The translations under genes were made by a program, and so were the position numbers. Under the pieces are notes generated by a model that worked only from the letters and a program-made list of their open reading frames with translations, was not told the origin of the DNA and searched no databases. Positions 19,819-28,975 of a DNA stretch of 64,000 nucleotides are shown here, in pieces (position 1 is the first letter of the stretch; each line of letters starts with the position of its first letter). The DNA is from an uncultured Verrucomicrobiae bacterium (GTDB lineage Bacteria; Chlamydiota; Chlamydiia; Chlamydiales; Rhabdochlamydiaceae): contig OY970364.1 of the NCBI GenBank assembly GCA_963718565.1, positions 128,001-192,000 of the forward strand, in the 5' to 3' direction.

Positions 19819-21099
19819 GTACGTCCTCAAAAACCTATGGCAAGCACTGAATGTCATTTGGATCCATGCCAGGCTTTGCATTTATCGATCTCAATCAGGC
19901 ATGGATCCAAATGACATTCAGTGCTTGCTACAGGTCTCCGAGGAGGTATGAATTGAGCGGCTTGTAAAGTCAAAACAAAACGCCCAGACCCATTAATAAA
20001 ACTTTCGCTTGATAACAGAGCGCCCTATATTTAGACTGCTCTGGTTCCACAGAAAGTACAACAGGAAGTGCGCATTGTAGCCACAGGAATCCCAAAAGGA
20101 TCTCGCTTTAAGGGCTACCAGACCTATGTCGTTCAAGAACTAGAGACTGTGCCTAAGGACATAACCTATAAGCTCGAGGTCTGGCAATCTCCCGATGGTA
20201 GTATAGTGCGTGCATCAACACAAAAATGTATATTGCACGCATATAGGAGGTGAGTATTTTGCTTATTACACAACAGCCTCCAGCAAATCACGGAAAAACT
20301 TCCTGAGAATTTTACTCCAAGGTAAAGAGGGTTATGCGATCAATGAAGCATTCATATGGCATCTCTTCCAATGTGGCGTTAAGGATGATTGGCTCAACCG
20401 GCTTGAAGAACATATGGGGAAAAAGTACCGAAAAAAGAAGGGGCTTAACCAACTGCTGAATAGCTTAAGGGTTGAAGGCAAACAGCTGCGACAGCAATGC
20501 ATTGAAGCGGGATTGGTTGGTTTTATCAGCTTGGAAGCATGTTGGTAAGGCAGAGGTGCATGAACTATATGACCAACTGGTTGCAATGAAAAGCACAAGC
20601 CCAGGGATTAATGAAGTCATTGCTTCATTTTCCAAATACCGCGAAGAAATGCTAAAAGCGCTTGATCATCCCGGCCTTCCCCTGCACAATAATGACAGTG
20701 AGCAAGATATCCGAGGTGTGGCTAAACGAAGAAATATCTCTGGCACTACCAAAAGCGTAGAGGGCAGACAATTTCGAGACGGCCTATTGACGCTCAAGCA
20801 GACATGCGCCAGACTTGGCGTGAGCTTTTGGGAGTATTTGAGTCGGTGGTTGCGCTGCCGACAAAAAGTTGGACAGAAAATCGAGGGGATCCGATCGATT
20901 TAGCACAATTTGTTCATGAGCGTTATCAAACAGCCTCTCCGGCCACACCTTGACTGGTAGCACGTACATTAACTTCCTTGAAGACTCTGGCAAAAGTTGA
21001 AGACCATTTCGATCCGTGCCCAATCAAGATCGATAAGTGGTAAGTTTGGCATGGATCAAAATGGTCTTCAACTTTTGCCATGAGTTTTTAAGGACGTAC
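19819..21099 (+). mobile_element. Composite element: degraded IS66-family transposase bounded by two inverted palindromic elements, with an 8-bp target duplication
   Basis: CCTGGAAG at 19811-19818 and 21100-21107; ends GTACGTCCT / AGGACGTAC; fragments RFKGYQTYVVQEL and PLHNNDSEQDIR...LGVSFWEYL. Confidence 0.8.
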
Positions 21100-21391
21100 C
21101 CTGGAAGAAGAGTTCATGCAGAACGTTTTATAAATAAGTGCAAGTATCTGTCTTAATGGTGATTCTTAAAAGACATATAATTCCGACATTATTATATATT
21201 AATAATTAACTATACACAACGGGGTGATTTCCTGGGGGAGATTAAAACGAGTTGCGGAGACTAGAAGACCTGTCAAAGTCAGGTCGAGCCTGTTATGATG
21301 AAGACAGACCAAATGCCAGCCTGGTTTAAAAAATTTCTGTGGGATAAATTTAATGTCGGCAAGGCATAGAGCAATTAAGGAGGAGTTTGCT

Positions 21392-21733
21392 ATGACCCAT
21401 CAAACAAAGTTGATCTATGTTTTCTGGACGTGTCGGAATAAACTGGAAGCAAAAAAGATTATTCATGGATTACTGAATCAACGACTCATCGCTTGTGCAT
21501 CTGTTTTCCCCGAAGTTGAGTCAATCTATCGGTGGGAAGGGAAAATTGAAGAGAGTCAAGAGGTCAAGGTTATCCTCAAGACCTCCCTCAAGCATTTTGA
21601 TGTGGTCCAGGACTATATTCGAGAGCATTGCAGCTATGAAGTTCCTGAGATTTTACAAGTTGATATTATGCAGGGAAATCCCAGTTACTTATCGTGGGTT
21701 GTTCAGGAAACATCTTTCAGTGACCATTCTTAA
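21392..21733 (+). CDS. cutA: Divalent-cation tolerance protein CutA
   Basis: RLIACASV, SIYRWEGKIEES.E, HCSYEVPEIL; AAGGAGG RBS. Confidence 0.92.
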   Translation: MTHQTKLIYVFWTCRNKLEAKKIIHGLLNQRLIACASVFPEVESIYRWEGKIEESQEVKVILKTSLKHFDVVQDYIREHCSYEVPEILQVDIMQGNPSYLSWVVQETSFSDHS

Positions 21734-21932
21734 GTGGCAATTTTTTCGATAAAAGTCGAATCGTGAGAAATAGCCAAGATAGCGCCGTCAAAATTAAGAA
21801 GAGCTGTTTCAATATGGTACATCCAATCAGGTAAGGAAGATTATGATTCTTTGGGAAAGTTCCTAGGAGGGGAATTTAATCTCCTGTTGGACTTTGCTCA
21901 TGATCGTATTATCGCATGCGATAGTTTTTCCA

Positions 21933-23419
21933 GGTAGTGTAACATTGTTTCTGTAAATTCAATTTTTCAAGAAAGTGTTTTGATAATTGAAAAAAAAGTT
22001 TGAGATCACATTCTCTTAAGTTTAGACAAACAAACAAAAGGAGAGGTTATGATCTCAAACAGCACATATGCCCCTGTAATCAACGCATTAGTGGAAGAAC
22101 TCGGACAACAAGGCTTACACGGCCTCAGCGAACTCTTGAGCAGGCTCTTCAATGAATTAATGAAGACCGAACGAGAGCAGGTTCTTCAAGCTGGTCCATA
22201 TGAGCGGACAGAGGCTAGAAAAGGTTATGCTAATGGTTTTAAAGATAAAACGGTACAGACTCGTTTTGGAAAATTAGAACTCCAGGTTCCACAAACTCGA
22301 GAGATTGCATTCTACCCACAGTGCTTAGAGAAGGGAGAGCGATCAGAAAGGGCATTAAAATTGGCAATTGCAGAAATGTATGTTCAGGGTGTTTCAACGC
22401 GGCGAATAGCTCCAATTGCAAAAGAGCTGTGCGGCTTTGATTTGAGTTCAACCCAAGTTTCTCGGGTTGCAATGATTCTCGATGAGGAGCTTGAAAAATT
22501 CCGCAGGAGAAATTTAGGTCACATCGTTTATCTTTATCTCGATGCCGATTATCAAAAGGTGAGACACGATGGACACGTCAGAGACATTGCAGTACTAAAA
22601 GCTGTTGGAGTGAACAAAGATGGATTTCGAGAAGTGCTTGGCATTTCATGCAGTTTATCTGAGGCCGAAGTGCATTGGAGGACATTCCTGGAAGACTTAC
22701 TCTCTCGAGGATTAAGAGGAGTAGAAATGGTGATTAGCGATGATCACTCTGGGCTAAAAGCTGCACTAAGGGCAGTGCTTCCATCGGTTCCTTGGCAGCG
22801 CTGTCTTTTTCATCTTGCTCAAAACGCTCAAAGCTATGTCCCAAACACGGCAATGCGAGGAGAAATTGCACAAGCGGTACGAGATGTTTATCAAGCCTTG
22901 AATCAACAAGAGGCTGAAAAACGAGTTAAGGAAACAGTGCAAAGATATGAAAAAAGAGCGCCCAAATTTTGCAATTGGTTTGAAATCAATGCAATTGAGG
23001 CAATGACATTTTATCATCGGCCAAGAAGGCACTGGAAACAGATAAGGACTGTTAATATTGTTGAAAGGCTTAATGGAGAGATTAAGCGGCGAACAAGAGT
23101 AGCAAGATTATTTCCCAATGAAGCGTCTTGTGAAAGATTGGTCACTGCCGTGGTATCTGAGATACACGATGAATGGATAAGCGGAAAGAGGTATTTGACG
23201 TTAGAATAAAATATTGAGGAAAACAACGCTAACACCGATGGAACACTTTTTGTTTAGGGGTGAATTATCTGGCATAAAAAAGTGTCAGATTCGAAAAATT
23301 TTTCCTCAAAAGCAAAGTAAAAAGCCGAAGCGTCTCTGACGCGAGAGGCCGTTTTTATAGTAAGAAATTGACCTAAGTGAAGAAGATTTCAGATTTTACA
23401 GAAAAATTGTTGCTTGATC
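21933..23419 (+). mobile_element. IS256-family insertion sequence, apparently intact
   Basis: 8-bp TSD TTTTTCCA at 21925-21932 and 23420-23427; imperfect TIRs sharing AACA.T.TTTCTGTAAA. Confidence 0.88.
22049..23209 (+). CDS. IS256-family transposase
   Basis: EMYVQGVSTR, YLYLDA, VISDDH.GL, WQRC..H, ERLNGEIKRRT. Confidence 0.95.
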   Translation: MISNSTYAPVINALVEELGQQGLHGLSELLSRLFNELMKTEREQVLQAGPYERTEARKGYANGFKDKTVQTRFGKLELQVPQTREIAFYPQCLEKGERSERALKLAIAEMYVQGVSTRRIAPIAKELCGFDLSSTQVSRVAMILDEELEKFRRRNLGHIVYLYLDADYQKVRHDGHVRDIAVLKAVGVNKDGFREVLGISCSLSEAEVHWRTFLEDLLSRGLRGVEMVISDDHSGLKAALRAVLPSVPWQRCLFHLAQNAQSYVPNTAMRGEIAQAVRDVYQALNQQEAEKRVKETVQRYEKRAPKFCNWFEINAIEAMTFYHRPRRHWKQIRTVNIVERLNGEIKRRTRVARLFPNEASCERLVTAVVSEIHDEWISGKRYLTLE

Positions 23420-23468
23420 TTTTTCCAAACTGCAGTCCAGGAAAATCGCTGACCAGAATTGGATACGG

Positions 23469-23771
23469 TTGCCTTTTGAGATACATCGATATGTGACTTT
23501 CCATTCCTTTGAATTGCCAAAAGAACTTCATGAGATCGATGGATTTATTGGTATGGATTACCTCAAAGAGCATCCGATATATCTCGATTATACTCATAAA
23601 ATTGCCTATATCGCTCCTCCTTGCAGATATCTCGAACGTGTTCCCGTTACTTTTAACATACGCAATGCCCCCATGATTGATGTGTCTTTGGAAGCTGATG
23701 CTTATTCTTTAAAAACGGCAATCCGAGTCCCGCATCCTTCTTCCACTATTCCAACAAAGTGGTGTTTATAG
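23469..23771 (+). pseudogene. Retropepsin-like aspartyl protease fragment
   Basis: EIDGFIGMDYL..HPIYLDY, similar to the C-terminus of 25392..26306. Confidence 0.6.
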
Positions 23772-23976
23772 ATCTAGTTCCATAATTCTCTAGAGAAATA
23801 AGATTTGAAATTATTTTCCTCAGAGAGGATGAATGCGTCTGCAAACCGTTTTGCGGGATTTTCTCTGGCTTCAGTTTTGATTGGAGTTATCATTTTTTTT
23901 TCTGTGGAAATGAAATTTTAACTTGTTAAATTTTTTGTTTTATTGGTAGCTTTTCGATAAATATTTGGAGGGTGCT

Positions 23977-25404
23977 ATGAATGTGTTCCTTAAAGGTTTG
24001 TTTGGATCGCTGATATTTTCTCAATGTCTATTGAACTCATCTTTCGCTGCTATTTCCGATGAATTTTCCCACGTATCGATTACAGAAGATGTGCAAACAC
24101 AGCAACTCAAAACTGCAAAAAAGGTCGCCCAAGTGGCTTCGCGAATTCTTTCCACACCTGAAGAGCACATGACTTTTGAAAATACTTTAGGGCTTTGGCA
24201 AAGGCTTATCGAGGAAATTTCCGCAAATGCTGATGGAATTACAAATCAAGGCATAGGTGCTGCATTCTCAGCAGAAATGCAATGCAGTCCTGAATTTTAT
24301 CTGGCTCTAAAACGCAATGCCCTATTGATTTTAAGCGAAGAATCGTCAAATGTTTTCCAAAAACACATTGCTCGTTGTTTCTTAGATAACTGCGAACAAA
24401 AAGGACAACAATATCTCCTGTATCTTAATGGGCGCGCAGAAGAGAAAAATAGCATTCAAAATGAGTTTACAATCATGGATCTTGCTATCGGGGACATCAG
24501 CAAAGATCAAATCATCGCATTGACCGAACAAATTCTAGATTCCAATGCTGATATTTTATGCCTGCGAGAAATAAGTGTTGAAGATAGCTCATCACTTTTT
24601 GATTCTTTGAAGAATGATTATGCTCATATCTATGTCGCTGCCAATGTTTGCGGCAAAGAATTCTCCAGCTCGAGCCCATGGATTAATGGCAGCATTTTCG
24701 TTGCGAGCAAATATGTATTAGAAAATGTGAAAATTCGATCTCTCCAGTCTAGCACAGAAAATGAACTTTTAGATTTTGTAATTAAAGGAAGTGAAAATTA
24801 TCTTGGCCATATCTATTCTGTTGCATTGCATCAAGGATATCTCGAGGAAGGATGTATCGAACAATTGGAAAAATTGATCCAAGTGATGCAGGGAGATTTT
24901 TTGGAAATCATCGAAACAGAGGAAATACCTTTCTTTGTTTGCGGAGATTTGGGCAATTCTGAGCAGGATAAAGCTTTGATAAGCAGCTATTTTCGGTCGG
25001 ACAATAGAAGCAATGGCCGAGCACTTCTTCTTCAATCTTTGCCAGCTTTTCCAAGAGAGAAGGTTGGTCAGGAATATAAGATCGCAACAGCAGCTTTTTT
25101 AATGCACGGCTGGACGGGTTTGTTTGCCAGAATCCAGGAAGAAACAAATCATTCTTTGGCAGAATTAGTTTCAAAAAATTTAAGAGGCAGATATCGGGGT
25201 GGAAATGAGATAATGCTGTGCGGCAGGGCAGATGTCTCTTATGATAGGGATACGGAGGGCAATAGTCAACTGGACGTAAGTGTAAGTGGCACTAAAGAGA
25301 CGGATTATGGGGATTTTTCAGTGGACGTTCATGGCGGCGCTAGCCAAGATAAAGGTGGAGATACTTCGGGTCATGCTGGGGTAGATATTTCATGGGAATT
25401 TTGA
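23977..25404 (+). CDS. Secreted protein with a degenerate EEP (endo/exonuclease/phosphatase)-like domain and a beta-strand C-terminus
   Basis: Signal peptide; ADILCLREI, IFVASKY, FFVCGDL; ends GVDISWEF. Confidence 0.5.
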   Translation: MNVFLKGLFGSLIFSQCLLNSSFAAISDEFSHVSITEDVQTQQLKTAKKVAQVASRILSTPEEHMTFENTLGLWQRLIEEISANADGITNQGIGAAFSAEMQCSPEFYLALKRNALLILSEESSNVFQKHIARCFLDNCEQKGQQYLLYLNGRAEEKNSIQNEFTIMDLAIGDISKDQIIALTEQILDSNADILCLREISVEDSSSLFDSLKNDYAHIYVAANVCGKEFSSSSPWINGSIFVASKYVLENVKIRSLQSSTENELLDFVIKGSENYLGHIYSVALHQGYLEEGCIEQLEKLIQVMQGDFLEIIETEEIPFFVCGDLGNSEQDKALISSYFRSDNRSNGRALLLQSLPAFPREKVGQEYKIATAAFLMHGWTGLFARIQEETNHSLAELVSKNLRGRYRGGNEIMLCGRADVSYDRDTEGNSQLDVSVSGTKETDYGDFSVDVHGGASQDKGGDTSGHAGVDISWEF

Positions 25405-26306
25405 AGAGAGTGAAAAGCAAGTTTTATCTAATAGCGGGATGTGCACTCATTCCGGCTGCTTTTCTTTGCATTTTTTGGAGGCAACCTCAACTTGTTTGTA
25501 TCCCAGTGACGTTTACTTCTTCTGGAATTCCCATGTTAAATGCTTCGATTGAGGGAAAAACATATCCGTTACAATTTGATTTGGGGTCTAAATTTCCACT
25601 TTCTTTAAAGAAGAGTGTGTTGGAAGCAATTAATGATAAAAAATCTTTTGGCTTGGCAAAGTGGCAAGACGTTAAAGGCAATTTCTATGAAGAACCTTCT
25701 TACTCTATTCCATGTATTAAAATTGAAAGTTTAGTTTTAACCGAGATTATTGCTCGTCAAGAGAATGATGCTTTCAGAACTGGCACTACAATTTGGAAAG
25801 ACATCAGCGGTGTGCCAAATTCTACATGCAAACATGTTGGTTGCTTGGGAAGGCCTTTGCTTGAGCAGACGAATTTTTTATTAGATTTAAAAAATTCACA
25901 AATGATCGCATGTAATAGTAAACGCCGGCTTCAGAAAATAGGCTTTGTTTTAGATAATATGGCCAAAGTTCCATTTGAAGGGGGATCGAAAGGAATTATT
26001 ATCAATTTCGAAACCGATATAGGAATTTTGAGATTAGGTTTGGATACGGGGTCGACAATCACTTTAATTCGCACCTGCTGTTTACAAGACCAAAACTGTA
26101 CGAAAGATGCACGTGGATTCTCGGTTTTTACAACTCAAAAATTTTCCGTTGGAAATAAAGACTTTGGAACTATGATTTTATTCTTATATGATATTACTCC
26201 TGAATTAAAAGAAATCGATGGTATGCTGGGAATGGACTTTTTAGAAAATCATATTATCTATATCGATTACAAAGACGAGTTTGTTTACATTGGGAGCTAT
26301 AATTAG
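25392..26306 (+). CDS. Membrane-anchored two-domain retropepsin-like aspartyl protease
   Basis: N-terminal TM; FDLGS and LDTGS motifs; GCLGRPLL and DGMLGMDFL. Confidence 0.7.
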   Translation: MGILKRVKSKFYLIAGCALIPAAFLCIFWRQPQLVCIPVTFTSSGIPMLNASIEGKTYPLQFDLGSKFPLSLKKSVLEAINDKKSFGLAKWQDVKGNFYEEPSYSIPCIKIESLVLTEIIARQENDAFRTGTTIWKDISGVPNSTCKHVGCLGRPLLEQTNFLLDLKNSQMIACNSKRRLQKIGFVLDNMAKVPFEGGSKGIIINFETDIGILRLGLDTGSTITLIRTCCLQDQNCTKDARGFSVFTTQKFSVGNKDFGTMILFLYDITPELKEIDGMLGMDFLENHIIYIDYKDEFVYIGSYN

Positions 26307-26428
26307 CATATCCCTCAGTGATCAACAGCTTGAAACTCATAATATTGGTATTCGCTCATACCCAGCTCCATTCAGAAGAATGAAAGGATTATAACGAGAA
26401 TAGCTTTTTCAATATACATACGCATCTT

Positions 26429-27259
26429 TTACTTTTCTTTCTTTGCTAAGCTAAGCAAACGTGACATGACCGCCTTGAAGTTATAAAGCGCTTTCGATTT
26501 TTTAAGTACCTTCTGTGCATTTCGCAATAATGCGTCATCTTCTTCAAGAACTTTCTGCATGATCTGAAGATGGCGGTCTGCTTGTTCAACATTCCCCGTC
26601 TCGCAAAAATATCTAACCATAAAGTATTCAAAAGCCCTGACTTCTGAAATATGAAAGACAGTTCGATGCGGGTACAATTGTCTCAACGTATAGGCCCCTT
26701 TGAAAATTTCAAGAGCTTTTTCAGGGAAGCCATCTCTAATGTAGATATTTGCTTGTGCTGTTTGGGCGAATAGATAATCGGGAAATTTTTCATATGTCTT
26801 AGCGATGAGTTTTTCTACTTGATCTTGTTGCCCTAAATGGTCGTACCCATTTGCTATGTAATTAAGGATCACTGGATTATCTGGGTATTTGGCGCGCAGA
26901 GCATTTAGTTTTTGAAAATATTCACAATTTTCTGAATCAATTGTATCGGGGTATTCATATAGATTATGATAAAGAGTCGCCATCAACTCCTCATCCTCTG
27001 GTGAAACAGCTGGAAAATTGTTTTTAGATTCTGCTGGAGTTAAGGCGTCTGTTTTAATCTCAAAAGGTTCTAATCGAACTGCTGAAGGAGCAAGGTTTTT
27101 GTTTTTCGCTAAGCAACATTTTTTGTATTTTAACCCACTGCCACATAAGCAGGGATCATTACGACTTAATGAGGGAGGAGGCAGCCTTTCCAAGAGGTCA
27201 AAAAGTGCATTCATCTGTTCGTTTGAAGGATTTTGTTCAATTTCTTCTTCTTGATCCAT
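26429..27259 (-). CDS. SEC-C metal-binding motif + TPR-like protein
   Basis: RNDPCLCGSGLKYKKCC; helical repeats. Confidence 0.8.
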   Translation of the reverse strand: MDQEEEIEQNPSNEQMNALFDLLERLPPPSLSRNDPCLCGSGLKYKKCCLAKNKNLAPSAVRLEPFEIKTDALTPAESKNNFPAVSPEDEELMATLYHNLYEYPDTIDSENCEYFQKLNALRAKYPDNPVILNYIANGYDHLGQQDQVEKLIAKTYEKFPDYLFAQTAQANIYIRDGFPEKALEIFKGAYTLRQLYPHRTVFHISEVRAFEYFMVRYFCETGNVEQADRHLQIMQKVLEEDDALLRNAQKVLKKSKALYNFKAVMSRLLSLAKKEK

Positions 27260-27863
27260 TACAACCTCTTTTCCTCACCTTTGGATTATTCAATAGCATC
27301 ATGACAGAAAATTTTTGAATTGAGTCATCGCCGGTCTCTTGCAATGGAAACATTTTAAAGAGAAGATCAATTTTAATCTATCGCAAATGGAGGCTGTTGG
27401 TTGTCTTATTCTCTTGGTGTCTGCTTAGAGCACGAAGAATAGAATCCAAGACCTCATCAAGGCGTTTACCTACATCTTCAGCTAGAAAGCGCAGAACTGT
27501 GTAGCCGTTCTCTTGTAATAAAGCATCTTTCCGCCGGTCTCGACGATACGCTTCAGCATTGCCGAGATGTTGGGCTCCATCGAGTTCAATTGCAAGATGT
27601 GCTTCAGAGCAGAGCAAATCCACCTCCATTCGGCCCCAACCGTCGAATGGAATATCGAGTTCTGTATTCAGCTGGAATCGTCCAGCCGTCTGAGGTAGTG
27701 TTTCAAGACGACGGAATAGGAAGCTTTCAGTTGCGCTTCGAGCGCGATTCGCTCCTTCTGCTTCTGAAGGGAGAATCGAAGAGACTTGAACAAGCAGATA
27801 TAATGGTCCCCAAAATTTAGACCACTGTCTAAGCTAATATCCTCCCAATGCGAGGAGGCCAAA

Positions 27864-28154
27864 ATGGCCAAAACAAAAAAACAATATTCACCGGAGTTCA
27901 AGCTCAAAGTAGTACTAGAAGTGCTCAAGGGTGAGAAGACAGCAACCCAACTCGCTGGCGAGTTGGGGGTACATCCCGTAGTTCTGTCGGAATGGAAAAA
28001 ACAATTTATTGAGGCAGGACCTCAGATTTTTGTAAAGACCAGGAGGTCTAGGGATACAGCAGAGGGCAAAGAAAAGGCCGAACTGTTCGAACAGATTGGA
28101 AGACTCAAGATGGAGAACGAGTGGCTTAAAAAAAAATTGGGGGCTTTGACCTGA
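27864..28154 (+). CDS. IS3 transposase OrfA (HTH)
   Basis: YSPEFKLKVVLE...IGRLKMENEWLKKK. Confidence 0.9.
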   Translation: MAKTKKQYSPEFKLKVVLEVLKGEKTATQLAGELGVHPVVLSEWKKQFIEAGPQIFVKTRRSRDTAEGKEKAELFEQIGRLKMENEWLKKKLGALT

Positions 28155-28240
28155 ATGAAAAACGGGCACTCATTGAACCTCACGATATCAAATTTTCCCA
28201 AAGAGCACAGTGTAAGCTCCTCGGAGTATGTCGATCTGGA

Positions 28241-28975
28241 TTGTACTACGAGCCACAGCAGCCTGGTGAAGAAGACTTGCGACTCATGTGCGCAATCGAC
28301 AAACAGTACCTCGAAACCCCCTATTATGGGAGGCGTCGAATGACAGTGGCAATGAGAAAACTAGGATTTGTCGTGGGACAGAAAAAAGTGCGAACAGCGA
28401 TGCAGGTGATGGGGATAGAGGCGATCTATCCAAAGCCGAACCTGAGCGCTGGGAATAAACAGCATAAAAAGTTCCCGTATTTACTGAGGGGCCTAATTGT
28501 TGATCGTTCCGATCAAGCTTGGGCAGCTGACATCACTTACATTCCATTAACAAAAGGATTCGGATATCTGTTTGCAATCATAGACTGGTATAGTCGGTAC
28601 GTGATTGAGTGGGAGCTCTCAAATCTGCTTGATACAGAATTTTGCATGGAGGCATTGCAAAGGAGTCTTTGGCAAAAAAGACCTGAGATATTTAATACTG
28701 ATCAAGGTGTGCAGTTTACGAGTAGTCAATTCACCGGGAAACTTGAAGAGAATGGGATTAAAATCAGTATGGACGGGAAGGGTCGAGCTCTTGATAACGT
28801 GTTTATTGAGAGGCTGTGGAGAAGCGTGAAGTATGAAGAAATTTACCCGAAAGGATACGAGAGCATGAAAGAGGTTCGATCGGGGCTGAAAAAGTACTTT
28901 GAGTTTTACAACAACAAGCGACCCCATCAGGGTCTCGATTATCGAACCCCAGCAGAGGTGTATTATGGGACATAA
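28241..28975 (+). CDS. IS3 transposase OrfB (rve DDE), normally read by -1 frameshift from OrfA
   Basis: WAADITYI, NTDQGVQF, DNVFIERLWRSVKYE, YNNKRPHQGL. Confidence 0.92.
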   Translation: MYYEPQQPGEEDLRLMCAIDKQYLETPYYGRRRMTVAMRKLGFVVGQKKVRTAMQVMGIEAIYPKPNLSAGNKQHKKFPYLLRGLIVDRSDQAWAADITYIPLTKGFGYLFAIIDWYSRYVIEWELSNLLDTEFCMEALQRSLWQKRPEIFNTDQGVQFTSSQFTGKLEENGIKISMDGKGRALDNVFIERLWRSVKYEEIYPKGYESMKEVRSGLKKYFEFYNNKRPHQGLDYRTPAEVYYGT

